Shown: piece after piece, positions 38,688-46,937 of the stretch | Layout: the number at the start of each line of letters is the position of its first letter | How positions within the stretch are numbered: the first letter of the stretch is position 1 | NCBI GenBank assembly: GCA_900318355.1 | Contig: ONKE01000050.1 | Coordinates: 19,701 to 83,700, forward strand | Origin: an uncultured Bacteroidales bacterium | GTDB taxonomy: Bacteria; Bacteroidota; Bacteroidia; Bacteroidales; UBA932 | Direction: 5' to 3' | DNA: 64,000 nucleotides | Notes under the pieces: model-generated | Databases searched by the model: none | What the model saw: only the letters and a program-made list of their open reading frames with translations | Told to the model about the DNA's origin: nothing | Made by a program: the position numbers and the translations under genes

Positions 38688-40772
38688 TTACTCAGCCCTC
38701 ACGACCCATTCGATGGTCTCGGTCTTTCCGTCGGAATAGGTGACGCGCGCTTCAACCGTGTGCTTTCCGGAGGTAAGCGTCACTGACGATGCGCTCTTGA
38801 CCATTCCGTCGAACACCCAGACGATCTTGGAGGCCTTCACGCCTGAAGGAGTGGCCAGCACGAATTCGAATTCGTCGCCGGCCGAGAATGAACGTCTCGA
38901 GGCGTAGATGTAGGTGAATCCAAGGTCGGGAATGGATGACGGGATGGCTTCCAGGACGATGTCCTCCACAACCGTAGCGGCCTTTGAGACCGTCAGGGCG
39001 GCGGAATACGGCTGATAGCCGTCCGCTTCGACATTCAGCGTGAATTCGCCCGAAAGTGTGCCGAGATCGACTTCCCAGGAGCCGTCGGAGGAGGTTTCGG
39101 CCCCGAATAAGGCATCGCCCTGCGAAAGCGTTACGGCCGCTCCTGCGATTGCCGCACCTTCGGCGTCCTTTACCTTACCCGATACTGCAAATGTAGGCAT
39201 GGACTGACCTGCAAGCGTGAACGTTACCCCGCTGGAGGCAAAGGTGATCTTGGAGAAGGAATAGCCGGTGGTCTTGCCCGCCCAGTCTTTCGGAGTGTAC
39301 GAAGTCGTCCTGCCCGAATTGGGGAAAGGAACATTGGCCAGGTCGGACATGTAGGAGTCGAAGTAGAATTCCAGGTTACGGTTGCTCTGGTCGCCGGCGC
39401 AGACGGTGTAGTAGCAGGGGTGGCTTCCGTTTTCGTTGATCGAGTTGGAGGCCTCCCATTCGTCCCAGAGAGATGCCGCCGTGACGCTTTCATATTTTGT
39501 CACATTGCCATAGTCGTCTATTTCGGCTGGAATCTTGACGATACGTGAGGAACGGTCGTAGTGGAACACAACCATGCCGGAGGGGATGTAGCGGTCCCAG
39601 CCGGTGCCTGTGCGGCATTCATAGACAAAATATTCGCCCTCCGTCGTAGTCGGGGTGTAGTAGGCGAAATTGTTTTGTATGGGGGCGAGAGTGTAGTTGC
39701 CGGAGTAGACCAGCTGCTCCGGGAAGTCCATCCAACCCATCATATAGCGCTCTACGCTGCCGAAATAAGGCGGAGTACGGCCGTCGTTGGCATAACTGCC
39801 CGAATCCATCACGGAGAAGAACGAAACGGCAGAAGTTGAGCCGTTGGTCTCATAGTCGGTATCATAGAGGTCGGGAAGACCGAGAGCGTGACCGAATTCG
39901 TGGCATGCGGTGCCTATGCCCGCCATAGTCGATCCGGAAGTACCGGAAAGCTCCGATGTGCAGCTGTAGGTGTTGACGTATTTGCCGTCGAAACGGCGGT
40001 CGCTGTCGGACAACGAACCACTCTCCTCCATCTCCCACTCATGGGGCCAGATGGTGTTGGAAGGTGCGCCTTCGGCCTGGTTGAAGCCGGCATAGTAGAA
40101 GAAGACCACGTCCACTTCTCCGTCGCCGTCGGAATCGTATTTGCTGAAGTCTATCTGTCCGTCGAGTTTCTTGCAGGCTTCGGCAAATGCCACTTCGGGT
40201 GCATAGTCATTGCCCTCGACCCCGCCTACGTCCTTTCCGTAATAATCATAGGTATTGGACACCTGTACCGGACCGTACACATCGAAAACCGGGGTAAACT
40301 TGCCCATGGAATTGTCCACGTAGTAGTCGCGGACGGAACCCGTAGCGCCGCCATCGGAGTAGCCGACCTGGTTCATCTGATTGGAGAAGGCCGTCTGGGG
40401 ATTGGATGTCTTGAAGGAGAGTTTGTTGAACTCGACAAGGATCACCAGAAAACGGCGTTCGCCGGTATTGGCCGAAGAAATGCGGTGATGACGGCGTCTG
40501 TCGGCCTGCTGACGACGGGCCATGCCGGCGGCACGGCGGCGCGCCAGCTGCTGGGCGGAAACCGGACGGTAGAAGCCGTCGGCGTCCATTTCAAGGGTAC
40601 GGCCGGAAGCGTCGGTGGTCCAGTGGAAGAACTCGTCGCCGTGGTTGGTCAGGGTAAGTACGGTGCCGTCGGGTTGAGTATAACGGTAGGGCTTGCGGGA
40701 GGCGGGGACGGCAAAAGCCGACTGAGCCAGGACAAGCAGTATTGCAATCAGAATATATCTTTTCATAGCCAT
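38688..40772 (-). CDS. secreted M6-family (InhA-like) zinc metalloprotease, copy A
   Basis: Signal peptide MAMKRYILIAILLVLAQSAFA. HExxH motif in ACHEFGHALGLPDLYD. C-terminal carboxypeptidase-regulatory-like (VSGKVKDAEGAAIAGAAVTL) and Ig-like domains. The start abuts the upstream stop with no gap. Confidence 0.8.
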   Translation of the reverse strand: MAMKRYILIAILLVLAQSAFAVPASRKPYRYTQPDGTVLTLTNHGDEFFHWTTDASGRTLEMDADGFYRPVSAQQLARRRAAGMARRQQADRRRHHRISSANTGERRFLVILVEFNKLSFKTSNPQTAFSNQMNQVGYSDGGATGSVRDYYVDNSMGKFTPVFDVYGPVQVSNTYDYYGKDVGGVEGNDYAPEVAFAEACKKLDGQIDFSKYDSDGDGEVDVVFFYYAGFNQAEGAPSNTIWPHEWEMEESGSLSDSDRRFDGKYVNTYSCTSELSGTSGSTMAGIGTACHEFGHALGLPDLYDTDYETNGSTSAVSFFSVMDSGSYANDGRTPPYFGSVERYMMGWMDFPEQLVYSGNYTLAPIQNNFAYYTPTTTEGEYFVYECRTGTGWDRYIPSGMVVFHYDRSSRIVKIPAEIDDYGNVTKYESVTAASLWDEWEASNSINENGSHPCYYTVCAGDQSNRNLEFYFDSYMSDLANVPFPNSGRTTSYTPKDWAGKTTGYSFSKITFASSGVTFTLAGQSMPTFAVSGKVKDAEGAAIAGAAVTLSQGDALFGAETSSDGSWEVDLGTLSGEFTLNVEADGYQPYSAALTVSKAATVVEDIVLEAIPSSIPDLGFTYIYASRRSFSAGDEFEFVLATPSGVKASKIVWVFDGMVKSASSVTLTSGKHTVEARVTYSDGKTETIEWVVRAE

Positions 40773-42002
40773 CTACAATTTGACGATAAAACCCGGAGTG
40801 CCGTCGCCCTGAATCCAGCACAGGCCGCCGGCGGTATGGAGAATCTGGAGGGAAAGCTTGCCGCCGGTCTCTTTGCCGTCGGCGGATTTCCGGGTCAGGA
40901 CACCTTCAAAAGAGGTGACGGAAGGATTGGAAGGGATGCCGGAGAGAGTCCAGTAGGCCTTCTCGTAAGGGTTTCTGAGGCTGAAGGAAACGGATCCGTC
41001 GCCGTAAAGCCGGCTGATCTGGTCGTTGCCTTCGGCGTAGGTCCAGTCGGAGCCGCCCTCGGTATCGTAGAGGCCGATGGTGCTTTCTTCGAGGACGCGG
41101 GCCCAGCCTCCGACGACGACGTAAATGGTCTTGGAAGCCTGTCCGCCGCTGATGACGACATCGGCTGAAACGGGAGAGAACTGCCGGTTGGGAGCCGCAG
41201 TGAAGGTAAGAATCGAAGAATTCAAAGCCTTGGTCTGCTTGGGGGAAGGCTCGAGGGTGAGCCACGACGCGGATTCGGGAATTGAAACGCTGAGTTCGAT
41301 ATTGGACTGGATTTCAACCTGGAAAGCACCGCCGTTGGAATCGAACACCCACTCGTCCTGAACCGTGCGGATGGCGTCGGTCTGGGACTGAGTGACGCGG
41401 ATGGGAATCTGGCTGCCGGAGCATGCCAGGATCAGATCTGCCGCGCGGTCGCCTACGTTTTCATTGGCGTCGTTCGGGGTCACTGTGACTTCGGCGCTGC
41501 CTGCTTTTCCAGACTCGGCCGAGAGCGTGAACCACGGGGACTGGGAGGAAGAAAGGGTCCAGCTGTCCGGAGCATTGATGGTTATCTTCTGTGCGCCCGC
41601 GGAGAGGTCGATCTCCCGCGTAGAGACAAATGATGATATGCCGTCCTGCTTGACAACGATCTTTTCGACCTTCTGTCCGGCGGTGAACAGCAGGGTGTCA
41701 ACACGCTGGATATCACTTTGGTTCGTCGTCAGGCTGACCTTGAGGGAGCTCTTCGTAGAGGACATCTCCGTCCTGCGGCCTACCACGGCCCACTCGCCGG
41801 AATCAAACTTGACGGCCCAGCTGCGGTCGCACTCAACCTCGTAGGTAAGCTCCTGGGCAAGAGGACCGAAGGTCGTTCCGGGCGATTTAATCTCAAAGAG
41901 ACCCGGCATCGAACCTCCGCCGGTCTCCACTTTCATGCAGGCTGCCGCCGCCAACAGGACGGCTCCTGACAAAATCCATCGCTTCATATAGTCTTTGTTC
42001 AT
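40773..42002 (-). CDS. BACON-type multi-Ig surface lipoprotein, copy A
   Basis: Lipobox LLAAAAC. Three roughly 90-aa repeats with a BACON-like pattern (W..L....G.AG...V.V..N....R.A.L...). Unassigned roughly 100-aa C-terminal domain ending PGFIVKL. Confidence 0.65.
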   Translation of the reverse strand: MNKDYMKRWILSGAVLLAAAACMKVETGGGSMPGLFEIKSPGTTFGPLAQELTYEVECDRSWAVKFDSGEWAVVGRRTEMSSTKSSLKVSLTTNQSDIQRVDTLLFTAGQKVEKIVVKQDGISSFVSTREIDLSAGAQKITINAPDSWTLSSSQSPWFTLSAESGKAGSAEVTVTPNDANENVGDRAADLILACSGSQIPIRVTQSQTDAIRTVQDEWVFDSNGGAFQVEIQSNIELSVSIPESASWLTLEPSPKQTKALNSSILTFTAAPNRQFSPVSADVVISGGQASKTIYVVVGGWARVLEESTIGLYDTEGGSDWTYAEGNDQISRLYGDGSVSFSLRNPYEKAYWTLSGIPSNPSVTSFEGVLTRKSADGKETGGKLSLQILHTAGGLCWIQGDGTPGFIVKL

Positions 42003-42026
42003 TCTTATGTGGTGATTTAGGAAATT

Positions 42027-44057
42027 CTACTGTATGTCAAACCAGCGCTCGAGCACCTGTGACGAGCCGTCGGCAAAGGACAGGCGGACGGAAAGCAGGT
42101 GTTCGCCCTTAGTCAGCACAACCGACTTGGAGCTGCGCACAATGCCGTCGAAGGACCATGAAACCGCCGTCGGCTTCTGGCCGGCGGTCAGGGCCAGCTC
42201 GAAGAGAAGTGTGTCCCCGGCCGCATAGGATTCCTGTTCCAGGCCTATGTAATTGAAACCCAGGTCGGGATATTTCGGAGGCTCGCGCGAAAGGACGAAA
42301 TCCAGTACGGCGTCGCCATAGTCGGTCTCTACCTCACGGGTGGAAGGGACGAAGCCTTCGCTGGAGACGGTTATGGAGAATGTCCCGGACAATTCCCCTA
42401 CGCTGATATTGTATTTGCCCGAGTTGTCGGTCCGGCCGGAGAACTTGGCATCGGAGCCGTAAAGGGCTACGGAAACGAGCGCCCCGCTTATGGCGGCGCC
42501 ATCCTCGTCGCGGACCGTTCCGCTAAGGAAGAATTCCCTCGCAGGAATCGATGCAACCATCTTGAGGAGGCCGTTTTCTATCCTGATATTCGTAAAGGAA
42601 TAGCCGGTCTGGTTGCCGTTCCAGTCGATCGGAGTGTAGGACGTGATGTTGTAATAAGGGAACACCATCGAGTACAGCGTTCCGTAGTAATTGAGGCTGG
42701 ACTGCTCCGAGGCGGGAACGACGTAGAAGCAGGGATGGTCCCCATTCTGGTTCAAGGCGTTGTAGGACCCCCAATCTTCCCATAGGGTGCGGGCCTTGAC
42801 CGAATACTGGCCATAGCTGCTGACAAGCGAAACCTGGCGGTCGGAACAGTCATAATGATATACCACCATTCCCATCGGGAGAGGTCCGTCCCAACCGGAA
42901 GCGTCCCTGAATTCGTAGATGAAATATTCGCCTTCGGTGGTCGCAGGAGACCAGTAGGCGACATTTTCCGTGATCGGACGGATGGTCACGCTGCCGGATT
43001 TCTTGATATTCTCGGGCCAGTCCATCCAGCCGAGAAGATGGCGTTCGATGCAGTTGAAACTGGCCGGGGTGCGGCTGTTGTTGTTATATGAGCCGCCGCA
43101 CATCGTGGAGAACTCGTAGAGACCGCCGGCCTGGCCGTTTGTCGCATAGTCCGTATCGTACATGTCCGGAAGGCCCATGGCGTGGCCGAATTCGTGACAG
43201 GCGGTGCCTATGCCGCACATGTTGCTGCCGCTGCTGCCGCTGAACTCGGAGGCGCAGCTGTAGACCGACAGATATTTGCCGTCGAACGAAAGCTCGGAAT
43301 AACCGTATGCTCCGCGGAAATCCCATTCGTGGGGCCAGATGCATGACGCTCCGCCGCCTTCAGCCTGATTATGACCGGCATAGTAGAAGAAAACGGCATC
43401 CACGAGGCTGTCGCCGTCGGAATCGTATTTGCTGAAATCAATCTGGCCGTTGAGTTTCCTGCAGGCTTCGAGGAAGGCCTCGTGGGCCAGCTCGTCATCG
43501 TTGGAATTGGGGTTGGAGCCACCGTAATAAGCGGCATCCTCCGACACCTCGACAGGGCCGAAAACATCGAAAACCGGAGAGAACCGTCCGCGGGAATTGT
43601 CGACGTAAAAATCTCTCACAGAGCCGGTTGCTCCATTATCGGAATAGCCTTCCTCGTTCAGAAGCGCCGTGAATGCTTCCTTGGGAGAAGGCAAGGTGAA
43701 CTTCAGGTCGGCAAACTCGACGAGAACGACAAGGAAACGGCGCTCGGACAGGGCGGGAGCATTGGAACGCGCAAGGCGGCGGGAGTCGTCGGCAGCGCGG
43801 CGAATCCTGGCGGCATTGCGACGCAGAGTCATGGCCTCACGGTCGGCAACCTTCCAGAAGCCGTCTTTGCTGAGCTCTACTATCTGACCGCCGGCGTCGG
43901 TCGTCCAATGGAAATATTCGTCGCCGTGGTTAGTAAGGGTCAGCACGCTGCCGTCGGGCTGGACGTAACGGAACGGAGTCTTAGGCGCCGGAACGGCTCC
44001 AAGACCCAGCGAAAGGCACAGCAGTATCCCTGACAAAATAGCTATCTTGCGTCTCAT
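42027..44057 (-). CDS. secreted M6-family (InhA-like) zinc metalloprotease, copy B
   Basis: Signal peptide MRRKIAILSGILLCLSLGLGA. ACHEFGHAMGLPDMYD. Same domain order as copy A, and 46/73 residues identical in a segment I aligned by eye. Confidence 0.8.
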   Translation of the reverse strand: MRRKIAILSGILLCLSLGLGAVPAPKTPFRYVQPDGSVLTLTNHGDEYFHWTTDAGGQIVELSKDGFWKVADREAMTLRRNAARIRRAADDSRRLARSNAPALSERRFLVVLVEFADLKFTLPSPKEAFTALLNEEGYSDNGATGSVRDFYVDNSRGRFSPVFDVFGPVEVSEDAAYYGGSNPNSNDDELAHEAFLEACRKLNGQIDFSKYDSDGDSLVDAVFFYYAGHNQAEGGGASCIWPHEWDFRGAYGYSELSFDGKYLSVYSCASEFSGSSGSNMCGIGTACHEFGHAMGLPDMYDTDYATNGQAGGLYEFSTMCGGSYNNNSRTPASFNCIERHLLGWMDWPENIKKSGSVTIRPITENVAYWSPATTEGEYFIYEFRDASGWDGPLPMGMVVYHYDCSDRQVSLVSSYGQYSVKARTLWEDWGSYNALNQNGDHPCFYVVPASEQSSLNYYGTLYSMVFPYYNITSYTPIDWNGNQTGYSFTNIRIENGLLKMVASIPAREFFLSGTVRDEDGAAISGALVSVALYGSDAKFSGRTDNSGKYNISVGELSGTFSITVSSEGFVPSTREVETDYGDAVLDFVLSREPPKYPDLGFNYIGLEQESYAAGDTLLFELALTAGQKPTAVSWSFDGIVRSSKSVVLTKGEHLLSVRLSFADGSSQVLERWFDIQ

Positions 44058-44063
44058 GATCCT

Positions 44064-45269
44064 CTAGAGTTTAACGATGAATGCCGGGCCCTCGGCGGTG
44101 GAAAGCCACACTTTTCCGTCCGAAACCTTCAGCACGAAGGCCGAAAGATTTTGCCTGGCGGGCAGGGAGACGTCACGGTTTTGAACAAGGGTGACGGGGA
44201 ACTCGGCACCCGGGGCCAGGCCCGAAGCCGGAATGCCCGACAGGTGGGCGGCGTGTTTGCCGGAAGGCGTATAAAGCCCGAAAACCACCTCTTTGCCGGT
44301 GTAGATGCGGCTGATCTGGTCTTTCCTGCGGTCGAAAATCCAGTCGCCGCCAATGTGGTAGAAGCCGGGAAGTTCCTCGTCGAGAACGGCGTCGGCGGCG
44401 CTTTGGGTGACCGTGACGACCCTCTCGATGCCGGCGCCTTTTATGAGGATTTCAGCAGAATGGGCTTCCGTCGAATAGTTGGGGGCTACGGTAAAGGCGG
44501 CCTTGTCGGACTTCAGCGATTTGGTGGCGCCGCCGGAGGGACGGAGCCAGCTGCTGCTTTCCTCGGGAACAATCATCTCGAAATCAACGTTATAGAGAGT
44601 CTCAATCTCGAACGAACCACCTTTGAAATCAAATGCGAAAGTATCTTCTGGGACTTCTATGGCGTCGGTCTGCAACTGCTTGACCGACAGCTGGATCTGG
44701 TCGATCGTGGAGGTGAAGTAGACTTCGGCCGAACGGGAGTCTATGCCGATGAAAGGCTCGGAAGCGGAAACCGACACCTCCACAGGACCGGCATTGCCGT
44801 CTTTTTCGGAGAGGACGATCCAGTCGACGCCGCCCGGAAGACGCAGGCGCCACACGCCGGGAGCGTTGATGCGGATGGTCTGGGGGTCGGTGCCGTTAAG
44901 CACGATCTCACGGGGCGAAATCAGCGAAGAAAGCCCTTCCTGGGCAATTCCTATCTTCTTGGTGGCGTCGCCTGCACGAAGGAGGAGAGTGTCTTTGCGG
45001 ACCTCTTCGGAATTGTTGAAGGAAATGGAAAGGGTCAGGGCGTTGTCCTTTGCAGGGGCGACTTTGACCCAGGAGCCTTTCTGCATCTTTGCGGTCCAGT
45101 CCATGTCGCACTCGACCACGCACCCGATCTCCTGGGTGGCGGCAGTGTATGGCCCTTGGGCCACGGTCACGTCGAAAACTGACGGAAGATTTTCTTTTTC
45201 AGTACTATGGCAGCCTCCCGCCGCGATAGAAAGTATGATTAAGTAAAGTCCGTTTCGCAGGAATTTCAT
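44064..45269 (-). CDS. BACON-type multi-Ig surface lipoprotein, copy B
   Basis: ATG at 45269 gives MKFLRNGLYLIILSIAAGGC (lipobox). Same repeat architecture as copy A, and the C-terminal domain ends PAFIVKL. Confidence 0.65.
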   Translation of the reverse strand: MKFLRNGLYLIILSIAAGGCHSTEKENLPSVFDVTVAQGPYTAATQEIGCVVECDMDWTAKMQKGSWVKVAPAKDNALTLSISFNNSEEVRKDTLLLRAGDATKKIGIAQEGLSSLISPREIVLNGTDPQTIRINAPGVWRLRLPGGVDWIVLSEKDGNAGPVEVSVSASEPFIGIDSRSAEVYFTSTIDQIQLSVKQLQTDAIEVPEDTFAFDFKGGSFEIETLYNVDFEMIVPEESSSWLRPSGGATKSLKSDKAAFTVAPNYSTEAHSAEILIKGAGIERVVTVTQSAADAVLDEELPGFYHIGGDWIFDRRKDQISRIYTGKEVVFGLYTPSGKHAAHLSGIPASGLAPGAEFPVTLVQNRDVSLPARQNLSAFVLKVSDGKVWLSTAEGPAFIVKL

Positions 45270-45290
45270 CAGCAACAAACTTAAATTTTA

Positions 45291-45298
45291 CAAATATA
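45291..45298 (-). promoter_or_regulatory. putative -7 promoter box (TATATTTG on the minus strand) for the lipoprotein/M6 protease four-gene operon
   Basis: Exact TAnnTTTG match 21 nt upstream of the ATG at 45269. Confidence 0.5.
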
Positions 45299-45353
45299 GC
45301 CATTTTATCCGGGTTTTTTCCCTAACTTAGCCGAAAACTAACACCATAGCATC

Positions 45354-46178
45354 ATGACAACGTCCTCCCCCATCGTCCTTCTGACCGGCGGCAGCAGCGG
45401 TATAGGCGCGGCCACCGCAAAACTTCTTTGCCGCGGCGGCATGACAGTTTATTCCGCCTCCAGAAGCGGCGGCGGAGATGCCGAAACCCTCGAAAACGGG
45501 AGGATTATCCCCGTCAAGATGGACGTCAACGACCCTTCCGCAGTTAAGGAAGTCGTCGACAGGATCGTCCGTGAACAGGGACGGCTCGACGCAGTGGTCT
45601 GCAACGCCGGCAACGGCATCGCCGGTTCGGTGGAAGACACCTCTGTCGACGAAGCCCGCTACCAGTTCGAAACCTGCTTCTACGGCGCTGTGCGCACGAT
45701 AGACGCCTGCCTGCCGGTGTTCCGCAGCCAAGGCCACGGACGCATCGTAACGGTATCGAGCGTCGCCGCCGTGATCCCCATTCCGTTCCAGGCCTATTAT
45801 TCATCGGTAAAGGCGGCACTCCACATGCTCACAAGGGCCCTCAGCCTCGAAGTCAAGCCTTTCGGCATACAGTGCTGCTGTATTCTCCCGGGCGACACCA
45901 AGACCGGCTTCACCAAGGCCCGCAAATACACCCAGGCATCGCAGGAGGCCACTTCGCCCTACTACCAGACCATGCACAGGTCGGTCGCGAAGATGGAGAA
46001 AGATGAGCAGAACGGCATGGCCCCCGAAGTCATCGGCAAGGCCATCCTCCGCCAGCTCGGCCGAAGGAAAATGAAGCTTACGGTAACCCCGCGCATCGAC
46101 TACCGGGCCATAGGGATACTGGTCCGCATTCTGCCCGAGCGCCTTGCAATGTGGATAATCGGCCTACTCTACAGCTGA
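45354..46178 (+). CDS. SDR family oxidoreductase
   Basis: TGGSSGIGAATA (TGxxxGxG), NAG, and catalytic YSSVKAAL (YxxxK). Confidence 0.9.
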   Translation: MTTSSPIVLLTGGSSGIGAATAKLLCRGGMTVYSASRSGGGDAETLENGRIIPVKMDVNDPSAVKEVVDRIVREQGRLDAVVCNAGNGIAGSVEDTSVDEARYQFETCFYGAVRTIDACLPVFRSQGHGRIVTVSSVAAVIPIPFQAYYSSVKAALHMLTRALSLEVKPFGIQCCCILPGDTKTGFTKARKYTQASQEATSPYYQTMHRSVAKMEKDEQNGMAPEVIGKAILRQLGRRKMKLTVTPRIDYRAIGILVRILPERLAMWIIGLLYS

Positions 46179-46847
46179 TTTCTCCCTCGAGACCATAGCC
46201 CCGACAAGGCAGCATTCCGCAAAGAGGTATGTCGCCATATCGATTGAGTGGCGCAGCGGGAAATCTATGCCCAGGAATGAATTGACGGCGATAAGGGCGT
46301 CGGAAATGATGAAAAAGATACCCCCTGCGATAATCCATCCGGAATATTTCATCTTGCGCAAAGCACCTATGACACCGCAGGTTGCGACGCACAGAAGGAC
46401 GAACCCGTAAACCGTAACGGCGGCATTCAGGGGCCATTCAAGCTTGAAAAACGGCACGATAAGCGCGACGGCGGCCAGAGGCGCCAAGCCTGCCGTCATC
46501 GACTCCTTGTATGAAAGCTTGCCGAGCGAAGGTATGAGGATGGAAAGGTAGAACAGATGTCCGACGAGGAAACTTCCCAGCCCGAGGGCGAACCACACGA
46601 AGCCATGGCTGTCGAACAACAGGAAAATGTCGCCGGCGGTATGGAACAGCAGTCCTATGGCCAGCAGAAGCGGCATGCGGCCGCTATTTTCAGGGAGAAG
46701 CTCGCTCAAGGCCGTTGCGCACAGAAACGGCATAAGGAAAGGCTTGACATAGCGGGGAGCCGTCTCGTTGCCAAACGCAAGAAGAAGGACGTCGGCCAGT
46801 CCGAGAAGCAGAAAAATGCAGAAAAGGATTTTCGAGCGGGTTTTCAT
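46164..46847 (-). CDS. YhhN-family membrane protein (lysoplasmalogenase-like)
   Basis: ATG at 46847 gives MKTRSKILFCIFLLLGLADV. About 8 hydrophobic helices. PRYVKPFLMP and HTAGDIFLL are typical of the YhhN family. Confidence 0.7.
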   Translation of the reverse strand: MKTRSKILFCIFLLLGLADVLLLAFGNETAPRYVKPFLMPFLCATALSELLPENSGRMPLLLAIGLLFHTAGDIFLLFDSHGFVWFALGLGSFLVGHLFYLSILIPSLGKLSYKESMTAGLAPLAAVALIVPFFKLEWPLNAAVTVYGFVLLCVATCGVIGALRKMKYSGWIIAGGIFFIISDALIAVNSFLGIDFPLRHSIDMATYLFAECCLVGAMVSREKSAVE

Positions 46848-46907
46848 ATCAGCGGGTTTTGCTGCGAATTTAAGCGGAATATGCCACAATAGCAAGAAAA
46901 ATAATCG

Positions 46908-46915
46908 TATATTTG
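46908..46915 (+). promoter_or_regulatory. putative -7 promoter box TATATTTG for the mechanosensitive channel gene
   Basis: Exact TAnnTTTG match 22 nt upstream of the ATG at 46938. Confidence 0.45.
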
Positions 46916-46937
46916 TGACCTATATACACGCGAGCGT

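Noticed and set aside
39888-41168. 426-aa plus-strand ORF spanning the M6-A/lipoprotein-A junction.
   Set aside because: It crosses two independently supported minus-strand genes (HExxH protease and lipobox protein). This is a G/V/A-rich shadow ORF.
45322-45329. TAACTTAG upstream of the SDR gene, and TAATTTTA (minus strand, 57562-57569) upstream of the beta-helix gene, both considered as promoter boxes.
   Set aside because: Each has one mismatch in the TTTG core of the TAnnTTTG consensus. I listed only exact matches as features.
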